Assembly: GCA_964187785.1 (NCBI GenBank)
Contig: OZ076409.1
Coordinates: forward strand, 96,164,001-96,228,000
Reading direction: 5' to 3'
Origin: Amphiscolops sp. MND2022
Lineage: Eukaryota
Length of the DNA stretch: 64,000 bases
In this document: positions 1 through 14,040 of the stretch, in pieces
Numbering within the stretch: the first letter of the stretch is position 1
Layout of the letters: each line of letters starts with the position of its first letter
Made by a program: the position numbers and the translations under genes
Notes under the pieces: model-generated
The model's database searches: none
Seen by the model: the letters and a program-made list of their open reading frames with translations, nothing else
What the model was told of the DNA's origin: nothing

Positions 1-299
1 ATAGTTTTGAAAAAATTGTTGGTGGATAACTATTGAGAAAACCTAATATCAGACAAAAAGTGAGAATTTTGAACAATCTCATAGTGCCGAAAAATGTGAA
101 ACGGTGATACTTTGAAATATTTTACATCCGTTCTAATTTAAAATATCAAAAACCTGAAGAGCGGACCCTTTGGAGACTTTGGAGACTTCGGAGACAAAAA
201 TCCCACGAAGTCGAAAAAGGGGGCAAATCTCAGAGTGACAAAAAATCGAAAAGGGGACCTTTCTGCTTTGAAATCGTTTTGTATCACTTCTTGTTAGAG
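1..299 (-). mobile_element. Fragment of HINE/DINE-1-like dispersed repeat (same family as 13389-14040)
   Basis: 1-299 aligns by eye to about 13650-13940 (aacctaatatcagacaaaaa...ctcatagtgccgaaaaatgtgaaac...cccacgaagtcgaaaaagggggcaaatctcagagtgac). Confidence 0.7.
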
Positions 300-1124
300 G
301 CCTGACCTTGAGAGGAGCTATTTAGCTACTAGTGTCTAATTTCAACTGATTGACACATATAATTTGGTTAGTCACCCAGCTAACTATACATAGCAGGGAA
401 TGCTGGTACTGGGAACGAAAAACCGATAAGAGCTCAATGCAAGCAAGTCGATTACTATCTACTCTGCTGCATTTTGTACGATTTGTACTACAATCAGTAT
501 TTCAGTTTTGAAAACGAACACATTCTCTAATGCTTTCAACTAGAAAGCAGAAAGCCAAAGAGAGACGGTCTAGGCAGTTAGACATAATGTCTGATGTAGA
601 AAGTGTTGAAAAAATGTTAGGGAGTTACTCAAAAGATGATGAAAGAAATAACTACAGTGAAGACGAAATGAATTTAGACTCAGGGTCTAATAGGCCACAA
701 CAAAGTTCCAATTTAGTTGGAGATTTTAGGTCATTGCTTAATACTAACAGCAGGGATACTAACAGCTTAATAGTGAAAGGGCAAAAACAAAGTCTAATGA
801 TTAGCAGCGATGAAATAGCTAATCAAGTTACGAGGAAGCTTAACAACATCAGGACAAGCTTAAATTCGCAGGTTCAGCACGTTATTAGCACTGCAATCGC
901 CGAGAAAGTGCTTTCATCTATCTAGAACACACTAGAGGAGCAAGGGAAAAGTAATTTCTCCGTGGTGGACCGAAGATCCATTGGGCTACAAGGGAGTCCC
1001 GGAGCCGTAAATGCCCAGAAAACTTGGAAAAATCACCCCAAATCATGCATTTCACGTAAACATCAGAGACAAGCGTCAAGGGAGAGTTCAGCAGACTCTT
1101 GTACAAGCGAACAAAATCGCGACA
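300..1124 (+). mobile_element. 5'-truncated solo LTR of the element-B clade carrying a decayed gag N-terminus
   Basis: ORF 530-925 (MLSTRKQKAKERRSRQLDIMSDVE...) is homologous to the LTR-encoded Gag N-terminus of B (MPTTRKQKKARKSREAEMLSDIE). Homology ends at ...aatcgcgACA (1124), like the B LTR end ...tacgACA. The left boundary and TSD are not resolved. Confidence 0.65.
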
Positions 1125-1351
1125 CCTTCCGTTGTTTAGAAATGCAGAGCTGCTTAAGCATTGCGCTTTGCGTTAATTCTGAGAATTGAAAACACTTCAT
1201 TTCGAAACAAGATATAATCAAGTATTGGGTTTGTGCTTTCTGTTCTACGACATCAAAAACAGTTGATTGCTAATTTTACTCAATGTTTTAGCGTTGTAAA
1301 GACAATTCCAAGATTCGATCATGCATGGTTCGTGGATAATCTTTGTTTCTT

Positions 1352-2173
1352 CCCAGTGACACGAATCTTGGTAGCCTTGCCAAGATCTTGGAAAAACATG
1401 GAAACGCATGGTAGGCTTACCAAGACGCATGGAAAAACATGATGCATGCTACGCTTGGCAAGATCTTGGCAAGATCTTGACAAGCGTTCCATGTGGAAAT
1501 GCTTGCCAAGATCATGGCAAGATCATGGCAAGATCTTGACAAGATAACCATGGTAAGACATGTAAGCTGGTATTAATTGTGCATAATTTATTCTTTTCGC
1601 AAAAATTCTTTGTCGTCTGCAATTTTTGAATTAGCCATTGTAATAACTTTGGACATAATATTTATTGATTGAAAATAGTTTTTAATTGAAAATTATCCAA
1701 AATTTGCTCAATAATTTGCTGCACCTATTGACCGAGTTTTGTTATTTGTGAGCACGGCATTGTTACTACTGTCATAAATTATCATACAAAGCAAACTCCG
1801 AGTCAAGTTATTGCAACTTGCGGGTTTGCGATATCGGTGTGAAAACCAACTTTTTTAGCTATGATTTGCCTACAATTATGCAAATCATGCTATTACCTGA
1901 TCTATTGAGGTAACGGGTTCTAATTACTGAAGTTCGTGAATGCAATAAAAACTCAAAATGGTCGGAAAAATCTTGGTATGCTTGGCAAGACACATGGAAA
2001 AGCTTGGTAAGATACATGGAAAATCTTGGTACGCTTGGTAAGACGCATGGTCAGCCTTGCCATGATCTTGCATGATCATGGTAGCCTTGGTAAGATCTTG
2101 GCAAGATCTTGCCAAGATCTTGGCAAGCATACCCATGCATCTTGGCAAGCGTGCCAAGATTCGTGTCACTGGG
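1352..2173. mobile_element. Non-autonomous TIR DNA transposon, CACTA/EnSpm-like
   Basis: TIR cccagtgacacgaatcttgg / ccaagattcgtgtcactggg, with many subterminal cttgccaagat/atcttggcaag repeats in both orientations. The 2-bp flanks are imperfect (tt/tg). Confidence 0.7.
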
Positions 2174-2892
2174 TGATGAAGAGACTCTTTTGTTGCATTC
2201 GAATCTGATGATTCAATTGAACGAACAATTCTGATTAACTGAATTTAATTCACGGGGTTTTCTATTACAGATTAGTAGGCCCCAAAAGCGATAACGCTAA
2301 GCTACAACAATCGCAAATCTTCATAAAAATTCTTGTAAGATCTTGTAATAAAACGCCTTTTTAGAATCTTACTCTTGCAAAAACCTTACAAGGTTCGCAT
2401 TTTTCTGCTCAGAATGTCACAAAATTTCTAACGAAAACTGTACTACTTGCCTCAAAAAACTAAACGGCTGCGAAAACAATTTACAATCTGGGCACGAAAA
2501 TGTTACAATTGCCACATATTGATAAAACCTTTTCATTTCAAATCTCTAGTCACAAAAAAACCTTCTTTCACTCTGAAAAACTTTTTCGATCTCAATCTAA
2601 AACAACTGTCGAAAAAAACTACTATAGAACTTCCCTTGCAGCAAATATAAAATTATCATACATAAATATATATCAAGAAACGTCATACCGTCTTTATTTG
2701 TTTAGGAAACACTTCTTGTTTGGGTTCTACGGGGCAATTTAAGAACAGTCGAAACTGGCAGGTCTATTGAAAAATATGGTTATTCATTTTCTTCATTTTC
2801 TTCAAGTTTTGTTGATTCTAGGTCCTAAATTAATTGAAATGTTTGGATAATTTGGATCTAAAATTAAAGGAATTTTTGTATATTTTAGATTA

Positions 2893-3012
2893 GAGGCGCG
2901 AATACGTCTCAGGAATAACGTCCGAAAAGGTTCCCGGAATAACGTCTAAAGCCAAGTCATGCTCTTTTTCTAGGCTAAAACATCAAATTTTAGACGTTAT
3001 TCCTTTAGACGT
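2893..3012. repeat. Small repeat with ggaataacgtc/gacgttattcc motifs, split by element A (continues 8788-8843)
   Basis: The same motif occurs in both orientations on both sides of element A. Confidence 0.45.
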
Positions 3013-3207
3013 TGTGGCATGACGTCACTTTATGCAGTAACATACATGTATTTTATAAATAGTAGCTATGACAGTTTTGTACCTGTCAAAGATGCTACTG
3101 CTAGAAACCATGCTGATCTATTCATTAACTTTTGAATTACGCTTAACGATTGGAATAGATTATTCAGCATCAACATTATCTTTATCTCTTTTCAAGAAGA
3201 TACAACA
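3013..3207 (+). repeat. 5' LTR of element A
   Basis: tgtggcatg...gatacaaca; I count 4 C/T differences from 8593-8787. Confidence 0.96.
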
Positions 3208-3225
3208 TGGCGCAGTAAAGCAGGA
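3208..3225 (+). promoter_or_regulatory. Primer-binding site of element A (tRNA-Ser-like)
   Basis: TGGCGCAGTAAAGCAGGA directly follows the LTR and resembles the complement of a tRNA-Ser 3' end. Confidence 0.7.
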
Positions 3226-6200
3226 TGGAAAACCAAAAAGCAACTGAAAATGCAGGTTCTTCAAATGGAGAAATCTATGAAAGAGCAAACTCAAAAACCG
3301 AAAAGACACAACAGAAAATTGCCTTACCAACATTCGAAAAACGCGGAATACAGGAGGCGAAGTTTTGGTGGAGACGATTCACATAAAACATTGAAATGAC
3401 CCAAAACATCGATCTTAACAAAATGACCACAGACCGTGAGATACTAGAAAATTACAGGGACGATCTGGTACACCGGATCAAAGATCTGTTTATTTGGGCA
3501 TTGGGCGAATCAGCGATAACGGAGATGACAAGAACCGTTAGAGACAACGACCCAAATCGAATGGACATAAAACAACTTTACTCATTATTCCGGTTACACT
3601 TCATACTGGAACGAAACAAATTCCATAGTAGAGCCGACTTCTTTGGAATAACGAGAGAAAAACACGAATCAGCGGAAGACGTGTGGACGAGAATCCTTCA
3701 AGTAGAAAAGAATTGCGAGTTCGAGAATTTAACACCAGCCGAACTAATAATAGCGTCAAAATTCCTCTCCGTAATTGGAAGATCGACAGGAGACTACGAA
3801 CTAAAGAAGAAGATTAGAAAAAGTGACATGACGATAGAAACAATAACAGCATTGATACATGAACACATGTACGATCGACTAAATGATTCAAACAATTCGA
3901 ACGACGGAGAAAAATTGGTCAAGACAACACATCTGCCCAGCAAAATCAGCAAAATGTAGAAAATGCAAAAGAAGGGGTCATTACGAAAAGATATGCAGAT
4001 CGATGAGAAGAGTACAATACGTCAAAAAAAACGACATCTTCAGCAGAAGAAGACAATTGGGATTATGAAAAAATCCAGAGAATAGAAAATACAAAACAAA
4101 AGAAAGACTTCTACAATGCCACGCTATTGGTCAATAACGTACCAATCAAATTTATTATTGATAGTGGATCGCCAGTAACACTTATTTCGGAATGCTTGTT
4201 TAGCAAAATCACACCACTTGAACCACTCAAGACCACTTATAAAGATAAAAACAATCAAAAGATTAGCTTTACAGGACAAACGAAAGCAATGGTCAAAACA
4301 AACAAAGAAACAATGGAACTACCACTACTAATTACAAAAGCACAAACCGCCCCGTTGATGGGACTGGACTGGATGCAACGGCTAAAAATAAACTTGAATT
4401 CAAACAACGACGCAATCCAAATACACAATATAAATTTGGACAACACGGAAAGAAAAATCATAAAACTCCAAAACGATTTCAAAGATTTATTTTACAACAA
4501 CAAAGAGATAAAGAATCTCTCGGTAAGGATAAATCTAAAAACTGGAGCACAGATAATACAACAAAAAGGACGACCAATCCCAATACACCTACAAGACCAA
4601 GTGGCACAGGAGCTGAAACGCTTAATAAAACATGGTTACGTAGAAAAAGCAACAGAAATTACAGAAAACTGCTTCGTAAGTCCTGCGGTAATAACTGTAA
4701 AAAAGTACAAATCGATAAAAATCGCACTTGATTTTAGAAAATTAAACGAAATCACTGTGAAGGGAAAAGCACAAAGGCCGAACATGGAAGAATTGATATC
4801 ACGAATTTCAAGAAAGATATCCGAAGGAGAAGACGGAGAAGTACTAGCAACAGAGCTCGACTTCGATTACGCATACGGACAAATTAAACTAGACGACAAT
4901 ACAAAAAGCCTGTGCATATTTACCGTCGCAGGAGGCAGTTTAACTGGATATTACCGTTTCTTGAAAGGCTTTTATGGACTGGCGGACTTTCCAACAATTT
5001 TCCAAGAACGGATAGATGCGACACTAGAACACAAACACCCAGCCTGGTTAGACGATATAGTAATTGTCACCAAAGGAAACTTGGAAAAACACGAAATTGA
5101 AGTACGTGAAACAATGACGAAACTGGAAAAAGCAGGATATAGATTAAATCCAAACAAATGCAAATTCTTCAAAAAAAAATCGAATGGGTTGGCCACAAAA
5201 TTGACCAACAAGGGATACGACCTTTGCAAGACAAATTGGACGCAATAAAAAAGATCAACATACCAAAAAACGAAAAAGAACTGAAATCATTTCTGGGGGC
5301 AATCCAATACTTTTCAAAATACATTGAAAACCTATCAACAAATACGGACATATTACGAAGATTATTGAAAAAACAAAACGAGTGGATCTGGACAGAAGAA
5401 CATACAAAAGCTTTCAATAATTTGAAAGAATGTATCACAAAAATCCCATGTTTAGCACACTATAACGCCCGAAGCGAAAACATAATTACGACAGATGCCA
5501 GCACAAAAGGATTGGGGGCGACGCTTTGGCAAAAACAGAAAACAGGCGAATTAAAACCAATCGGATTTGCAAGCCGATACCTATCTGATACCGAAAAGAA
5601 GTATGCAATAAACGAATTGGAATTGTTAGCCGTAGAATGGGGTCTAGAACATTTTCGACTGTACATCTACGGAAAACCAATTGAACTTTTAACAGACCAT
5701 CAAGCACTAGAACCATTGATCAAAAGAAACAAAACCTATAGCGCGAGACTATCAAGATGGTTAGATCGCTTGGCTCACTTTGACATTAACATAAAACACA
5801 TTGCCGGAAAACACTTAGCACTAACGGATTATCTGAGTAGAAATCCAATATCAAGTCCAGAACCCATCGAAAATTACGACGAAGAGTATGTAATTAATTG
5901 CATAACACCATTACTTGAGTTCATCAACAATTACGGCAGCATTACCGGTGAGATGAACAAAGAAGCGCGAACGGACGATATTGAGAAGTGTGAACGGAAA
6001 TTCAACCAATCAGAATCAAGCAAGCGGAACGAGCCGCAATCAGATTTGAACAAAACAAACAAGGGCAGTTCGTTGCTACCTCAACTCAATACAGTCGATC
6101 GCAATTCCATCAACACCATCAACAACATTAAACACGATTACGAAACAATAATGGACATTCGCCGCATTGAACAGATTGAAGCAGACGACCCATCTGAAGA

Positions 6201-8337
6201 AACTCAACAGCTTGTGAACCGCTGGAAAGAACTAGTAAAACCCGAGGAAAACAGAACGTCGGAAGGAAACTGGAACAGATACAATCCCCCAAGACATCAA
6301 AGAGCGGAAATAAAAAGAATCGAGATGAATCTAAATCAAAGAAGAAACAAAATGCTCTGGAAACGCATGGAGGAACAAGACAAAGAACCCGAAGATGACA
6401 CCACAAAAGTAGAAGAACTTTACCGATTCATAGAAAAAATCAGAAACATGCCAAAAAAGCAAAATGAAGGACAAAAGGAAACAAGCGACAACATAACGGA
6501 GGAAGAAAACCAATCAGAAACAAACGAGACAGAATCAACGAGCTCCGCAGACTCATTGGATGTACCAGCGATTAATTTCAAAAGATACCTCGGTACGACC
6601 GGAGTGAGATACATTCAAATGGGACAGGCCAGTCACATACAAAACGAAAACAAATGAGATTTAGAAGAAACCAACAGACAAGCTGAACAAAAACTCACCA
6701 CGGACTTAAAAACAAATGCCACAGAAACAACTAACGATGAGAAGCTGTTAAAAACACTAGTATGTCTGGAAAGAAGGACGCTGGAACAAATACCGGATGA
6801 CTACAAACCATACAGCAAACAGCTGTCAACACAATTCGGCGTAGTATTTTACGATGACCGAGTCATAATACCAAAGTCACTGAGAACAACAATTATCATG
6901 CTGTTACATAAAGGACACGCGGCAATCAACAAAATGACGACGGCGGCAAAACCATTTTGGTGGCCACGAATGACACGAGATATACAACAAAAATGTGACG
7001 AATGTATTCCGTGCAAAATGGCATGTAAGATCATTAAACCACAGTTACCAATGACTGAGATTAACTACTTACCACCGGTAGAGAAAACAAATCAAGAAAT
7101 TAAATTGGATTTCATTGGACCAATAAGATTTAAGCACCGGAGATTTTACATATTACATTCTATAGACCGGTACAGCAGATGGCCGGCCGCGTGCTTATGC
7201 GAAACACCGACAGGAAAAACAGCAAAAAATTTCCTGGAACAATATATTACATTAAATGGGTAACCACAAACCATCAGAACAGATGAAGGCACTGCCTTTA
7301 CTGGAAAAGAGTTTAGAGAAAGTTGTAAATCTCTGAACATGAAGCTAATATATGGAACACCATATATACACACACCAACCGGATTGGTGGAAAGAGGTAT
7401 TAGAACATTAAAAGAATACCTCAGAACGAATTTGGAAGAAGGCTATAATATAAACAAAGCTTTAAGCCGTTCACTAAACGTAATGAGAACAACGGTCCAT
7501 TCAAGCATAAAAGAAACACCGTTCGAACGCCACTATGGCAGAAAACCACGAAGGGAAATCCATAACTATTTGAATATGTAACCAAACAAACATTATAATG
7601 TTTTAGCGAGACCGGAGACACTGCAAGTCTACACATTCACCACTGGGAACGGAGCTTACGACCAATTGGTTATGAAAGCCCAAAGAAAGCTAAAAGAAGA
7701 CGTGAGTAACAAATTCCCATACCTATTTCTCGAAAAGAAACAAAACAAAGTATAATTTAAAAGTGCATACGAAAATAAACCACAAACCGCAGTAGGTGGA
7801 ACAAAACACACAAAAATAACCGATAAAATCAAAATAATTCATAGAAAACGAATAAGCAAACCCTTGAACCCAATATTTCAGAACCCATTATCACGACGGG
7901 GAGAAAACCCGAGGGGAAAGGACGGAAGATTCTTACAACAAGGACATTTGGATGAAGACACAGAGGAACTGGACGTAACAGCAGAACACTCAGAGAGATG
8001 TAGTACCCCAATACTAGAGGAGAACATACTGGACAAAACACTGGAAATGGAGAACACAACAATCAGTCCAGTGTACGGCAGAGGACGGAGAAAACTGATA
8101 AGAGACAGAAAACAAAATACAAATCCAACACCAGGATTGGAAATAAACGCGAGACCAACTGCAGAAGACGACACAAACGTGATAACAGTAGTAGACCAAA
8201 ATGGTAATAATAATAATTTAATAAAAACTGAAAACATAGAACAAATCGAAAACCAAAACGAACAAAGTATACGAAAGTCAACCAGACTAAGATCCGCTAA
8301 CCCAATAATTAGATACGGTAATCCAATCACGTTCTGA
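3225..8337 (+). pseudogene. Disrupted gag-pol of element A
   Basis: Zinc knuckle CRKCKRRGHYEKIC (about 3955), protease IIDSGS, RT with WLDD, RNase H TTDAS...NELE...TDH, integrase HKGH..CDEC / LDFIG / GLVER. Frameshifts (e.g. A-run at about 5175) and stops (6655, 7261, 7579). Confidence 0.92.
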
Positions 8338-8583
8338 CTATAACAGGTAACACCGTTAACAAATGGAGCACACAAGACAACCAATAAAAGAGGAACGAGG
8401 AAACGACCGGAAAACAGAAAGAAGGAGACTTCAGAAAGGAAAGAAGAAGAAGATTATACGGAACAAACCGTACACAAAACAATCATAAACATTTGGACCA
8501 TTCGGTGCTATCGTTTGAATTTTGAGTTCCTTAGTGTATTGTCTATTCACGTTTATACATGTAGTTATCTCCTATTTATATAC

Positions 8584-8592
8584 AAGGGGGAA
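8584..8592 (+). promoter_or_regulatory. Polypurine tract of element A
   Basis: aagggggaa abuts the 3' LTR. Confidence 0.85.
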
Positions 8593-8787
8593 TGTGGCAT
8601 GACGTCACTTTATGCAGTAACATACATGTATTCTATAAATAGTAGCTATGACAGTTTTGTACCTGTCAAAGATGCTACTGCTAGAAACCATGCTGATCTA
8701 TTTATTAACCTTTGAATTACGCTTAACGATTGGAATAGATTATTCAGCATCAACATTATCTTTATCTCTCTTCAAGAAGATACAACA
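8593..8787 (+). repeat. 3' LTR of element A
   Basis: Direct repeat of 3013-3207. Confidence 0.96.
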
Positions 8788-10909
8788 GACGTTTTTCGCG
8801 AAACACTTTCAGATGTTATTCCTTAGACGTTATTCCCCCTCCCCATTTCAAATACGGGTACTCTCAGATCAACTCTGATGAAATTCGAACGAATTTTTGG
8901 TCGAAGTAATCAAAAATCAGAAACGCACGTTATGTAAGTCTTTTAGCATGAAGGACGCAAATTTTGAAAAATTTTGTATTTTGTATCAGGTACCAATCTG
9001 ATAAGATTCTGGTGAGAAATGCAAAGTTGGCAAGAAATTCGGAGGAAGTTTGCAAGATTTGTGATTCCTATAACCTAGAGAATTAAACATATGACTTCAT
9101 CAAGAAGCCTGCCTATATTCAACACATGCATTAAAAAATGCACCATGGTCATCAAATCACTACTTACAACCAAAAACCATGCTACCTTGAGATTTTTTTA
9201 TTGGCTCGGAAAATATCTATCGAAGTTGATGCATTAAATGTGATCATCAAAGCCATTCATCGATATTTTTTTCGCGTTGTGAAGTTAATGACTCAATTGC
9301 ATGCAATTTCTGAGTTTTCGGTTTCTTCACATAAGACTATTTTGCATCATTAATCAATCAATGTTCTATGATAAATTTAATTAATCCTCGGCTGAAATTA
9401 ATACAGATGACTTAAGCCCATTTTGACTCCTACTTTTATTACCTATCGAAGCGAAACGAAGTGTTGAAAAGCTGTGTGAAGACTAGAACCGCCTTTGAAA
9501 AAATTTATTGGTTTTATAAACGTTTCGAGATTTTTATTGCTTGTTAGATTGATGTTAAACCTACTGTGTGCCTTAACTTTATCTTGAGAAATCTAAAAAG
9601 TGAAACGCAAGTGAAGCATTTGTTGATTATAAATTTATAAGTTTTATATAAATGCTTGTAATGTCGAAAGGTTCTGAAGAGGGTTGTTACTAATAATTGA
9701 AGAGCAGTCATTTGTTCCCACAAAGTGATCGAGAAAGCATCTTTCAATCAAGTTGTTCTCAGGTTTTCAAGTTTCGATTCAAACTTGGTCAACTTTTGAG
9801 TAACTTTCAAGAGACTTTTTGTTTTTTGTTGAACTATACTTTCACAAAAAAAAACGAGAAAGTGTTGACATTTTTAGTGCACCAAAAGAAAGAAGGTGAA
9901 TCCAGGGACTCCGAAAAAAAATAATTTTCATGGAAATAATGGCCTAATGGCCTTAAATTATTTATTTTTCATCACGAAATAAAAATTGTTTGTTTTCAGA
10001 TAGAGTTCAGGAAAATAGTTTATTTCACATAATTAAAATAATTGAAGATAATTTTCGCGCCAACAGAAGTGGAAAGCAAACAAAACGCGTGATCGAAATC
10101 TCAAATTTTTTAGGCAAATATCCCCCCAAGACACAACATCACACCAATGCATCAGGAAGATGAACTGTTCTTATCAATCAATAAAAAATTCTGGGATGCC
10201 GAATTGATTTCCTGCATAATCTAATTGGAATTTTGTTTTTCAAATTGTTTTTGGAAATTTACCTTTATTTCCATTATTTATTTTTTTTAAAGTTAGGGAA
10301 ATAATTTTTTTTCCAAAGTATTAAGGAAATTATTGATGGCTTTCCGTTCATAAAATACCGTTACTTTTACCGAGTCCCTGATTGAGTGACATAACCAATT
10401 GTTTAGCTGTTTCGTTATAACCATTGTTCTGGGAAGTGAACGTTCACGAAAGGGCTAAACAATTGGTTGCGTGACTCAACCTGCCTCCTATTGGGTCGCT
10501 AGTCAAGTTAGGGCATGTCACACTACCTCGCTCTTGCACATAGGGCACTATAACTTACACCGTTTCCACGTTAAATGAAGCACATCAGATATTAAATGAA
10601 CAACCAATAGAAAAAGATTTGCTTGCTACAGCAAATCTCAATTAATGTGCACGAAATGGTAACTTGAATGAATGAACGCCGCATACGATTTTGTGTACAT
10701 GTAGCATTCTTTGATCAGCGTTTGTTAAATTGTGAAGCGTCGTTGGTGTTTCTTAATTGCTAACTCACTTGGATGCTGACCTTGTTCACTTGATTTCTGA
10801 TTGTAAAGCACTTTTAATTTGGTTGCCTTTGATTGTCTGAAAAGTTGGAACGGAAGCCGAAGCGATTCACTTAACATCTGATATGCTTCACTCAACGCGG
10901 AAATGGTGT

Positions 10910-12560
10910 TCTCGCAATTTTGTTTGCTTGTATATGAGTCTACTGTACTTTCTTTAGACATTCGTCTACAATTTCTCTGTCTAATACACGTTTTGGGGCG
11001 GTGTTCCCACGTTTTCTGGGTATTTTCAACTTCAGCAGGGTTCCGTTGTAGCCCACCGGACCTTCGGTCCATCATGGTGAAATTAGTCGCTCTTGGGCTC
11101 TCTTGTAGCCCGGAGGACAACCGGTCCACTATGGTGTAATTAGCTCTTCCCTGTGTTTCTCGAGTGTCTTGGATAGAAGAAAGCACTTTCTCAGCTATTG
11201 CCGTTGTGATTGCGTCTTGCATCTGAGATTTTAAGCTAGATTCGATCGCATTGAGTTTTCTGGAAATTTGATTAGAAATTTCATCACTTATCATTCTAGT
11301 TGTTTCTATCGCCGCTTCACTATTTTCTCTACTATTTGTATTGAGTAGTGATCTAAATTCCTTTCCTACCAGGTTGGAACTTGTTGTGGCCTACAGGACC
11401 CTGAATCCAGATTTACTTCTTTTTCACCCCTGATCATCCATTTCATCATCCCTTGAATAGCTGCCTAACATTATATCAACATTTTCCATATCGGAACTTA
11501 TGTCCTATGCTTAGATTGTCTCTCCTTGGCTCTTTGCTTTCTAGTTGTGGGCATTAGGAAACTTGGGATTTTTCAACAGTAAATTCTGAGAAAGATGCAA
11601 AGTGACAAAAAAGAAGGTATTCAGTAGGTTTATCACTAATCAGAAATGCAAGTTGAATGTTTCAGCGTTAAATTCAATTGTGTCCCTTCGGACTGAAAGC
11701 CACTGCAATTTATACCTAATACTGGGTGACCACCTAAAAATAGTGTGTTATGTTACTATAAATAGATATAGCTGGTTCCCGGAGAAGCTTTGCCAAGTGA
11801 CATCATAATAGATCACTAAACCGCTTTAGATAAAATTAGCATCAGAAAAAGTTTGGGACTGGAAGTTCGATTTGCTTCTGAGTCCGAAATGAACTAAAAT
11901 ATATATGTATATAAAGGTAGATTCATGTTCATTTAAACACTGCTTGACAAAATACAATGATGGACAATTTGTCACCCAAAATACCATGGTGGACTTAAAG
12001 TCCGGATAACCACAGTACATTATGTCAAGATTCTCATGTAAGTAAATAATACCACGACGGACTCAAGGTCCGCGCGGCTACAATAAATGTATACTAATAC
12101 TACGCTGTGATTAGCTGTTAACGCGTTGGACCGCGTGTACATCTAGCTACAGGAAACGATCATTTGAACTCGTTTCCTGTACTGAGCTTACTTGTACGTT
12201 TAATTTAAACGTTGAAACTGCATTAACACTCAGCAATTATATTGTCTTGATTAGTACTACATTATCTTAGCAATCTACCAACTACAAACAGGTATTTCAA
12301 ACATAGATGGATAAATACACAAAATATCATTCTAAAAGTAGTTTACAAACCGTATAACCAATAAAATAGATACAAATATTTGTTGTAGTTAAATCGACTA
12401 GAGGTCTCCTATGGTTGAAATTAGTTTTACTTTAGTAGTGAATTGAACTAGTTGTAGTCGATTGTCCTCAGAGTCTATTACGGCTCATATGGGTAATGCT
12501 CCAGGTGGGGGTTTGGGTTGCGTTATTTCCTGCTGGTATTTGGTAGCAGACACCGTCACA
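10910..12560 (-). mobile_element. Solo LTR (1651 bp) of the element-B clade
   Basis: TSD GGTGT at 10905-10909 and 12561-12565. On the minus strand it starts TGTGACGG and encodes an ORF-X-like C-terminus (CDG...PGALPI*). It contains a decayed Gag N-terminus from ATG 11554 (MPTTRKQRAKE; ORF 10725-11294) that runs out into the flank. Confidence 0.85.
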
Positions 12561-13388
12561 GGTGTATTATAAAAATAACGCTGAAGCGATTAGCACGGTT
12601 GAAAAACTACTAGTGATGTCACTATTTCAAACTTTTCTCTTTTGCGCTTTGAATTCAAACGAAATCCTCTTAGTTTAAAATATGGCACAGTAATGCAATA
12701 ACCTAATTCTGCTTGAAAATTACATCTAGCTCGAAAAATCAAAAATTCTTGTTTCTGGAGTTTATTGAACCGGTCGGAAAGCACAAATAAACTCAAGCTA
12801 ACGAGTGCACAACAAGATTGACTTAACAGACCAGTAAACAGTAAACAACTTTAAATACATCTGCTGAAAAAAGCTGGAAGACATACAATAATATTGTTGA
12901 GCAAAATCAACCATTTTTTTGAATTTTGGATCTTGGGATAATCAAAAAGACCAAGTTAAAGGACCTTGCTAAAATGACCAATTCATAGGAGTTTATACTG
13001 GAGTTAAAAGTCAAACTAGAAAAGGAATTAAAAGAAGCCCTAATTTACGTTATTGGCAAATAGGCTATCACAGAGGATGCCAAATTAGCCATGATAGATG
13101 ATATTTGATGATCTTGTGAGCAATGTTCTGAACTTCAGTCATATAAGAATGTGATATACAACTTCAGTCAAAAACAACAGGGAAAAATTCCGGAAGAAAA
13201 GAACAAAATGAAGAAGGAGCTTCAGATTTGGTACGGCGTGAACAAAAAAAGAAGTAATTGTTGGTGTCGGTAGATAATTTTCATTAAAGACGGTAGAGCA
13301 GTGCGCAGACTGTAGACGTTACCGTGTTATTTTCCCCACACGCTGTTGAAACAAAATTTTGATAGAATGAAACACTTTTGAAAATTAG

Positions 13389-14040
13389 GCAAGACGGGAA
13401 CGTCTAAAGTCAGCGGTATACAAAAGGCTCGAAAACCGCCCATTTTGAAAAATGCCCAGGACGTTTCAATAAAAACTCAAAAAAAAATTGAAACCCTCAA
13501 ACGTTGCCTTTCGTGCTCGGATAACGCTTCAGAATTTCGGATATAGCGTGCTGTTACAATTGGTATTACTTGTTGGTGAATCTCTGTCTCGTTCTTAGTA
13601 AAACGCAATATAGATCCGATATTACGTCAAAAATTCGGATAGCATTGAAAAAAATTTTTGTTGGATACCTATTGAGAAAACCTAATATCAGACAAAAATG
13701 AGAGTTTTGAACAGTCTCATAGTGCCGAAAAATGTGAAACAGGGACCCTTTGAGATATTTCACCTCCGTTCTAATTTAAAAGATCAAAAAAAAACGAAAG
13801 GCGGACCCATTGGAGGCTTTGCAGACTTTGGAGACAAAAATCCCACGAAGTCGAAAAAGGGGGCAAATCTCAGAGTGACAAAAAATCGAAAAGAAAGGAC
13901 CTTTCTGCTTTGACATGGTTCTGTATCATTTTTTGTTAGAGACTTTGGAGGCGTTCTAAATCAAATACTGAGTATTTTTGGGAAAAGTGCGCAGTGTGCA
14001 TTAAAAGTGGACCATTCAGAGTGAGGCTGACAAAAAACTA
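13389..14040 (-). mobile_element. HINE/DINE-1-like non-autonomous Helentron copy
   Basis: End caagacgggaacgtctaaagtcagcg is the reverse complement of the family 3' end (gccgact..gacgttcccg..ttg). The internal sequence is shared with 1-299 and 41110-41686. Confidence 0.65.

Larger units (their letters stand above)
3013..8787 (+). mobile_element. Element A: full-length, decayed Ty3/Gypsy LTR retrotransposon
   Basis: Two 195-bp TG...CA LTRs, 5-bp TSD GACGT (3008-3012, 8788-8792), PBS, PPT, and domain order gag-PR-RT-RH-IN. Confidence 0.96.

Noticed and set aside
1352..2173. CRISPR-like repeat array
   Set aside because: Irregular short subterminal repeats in both orientations inside TIRs, no unique spacers, no cas genes, eukaryotic context.
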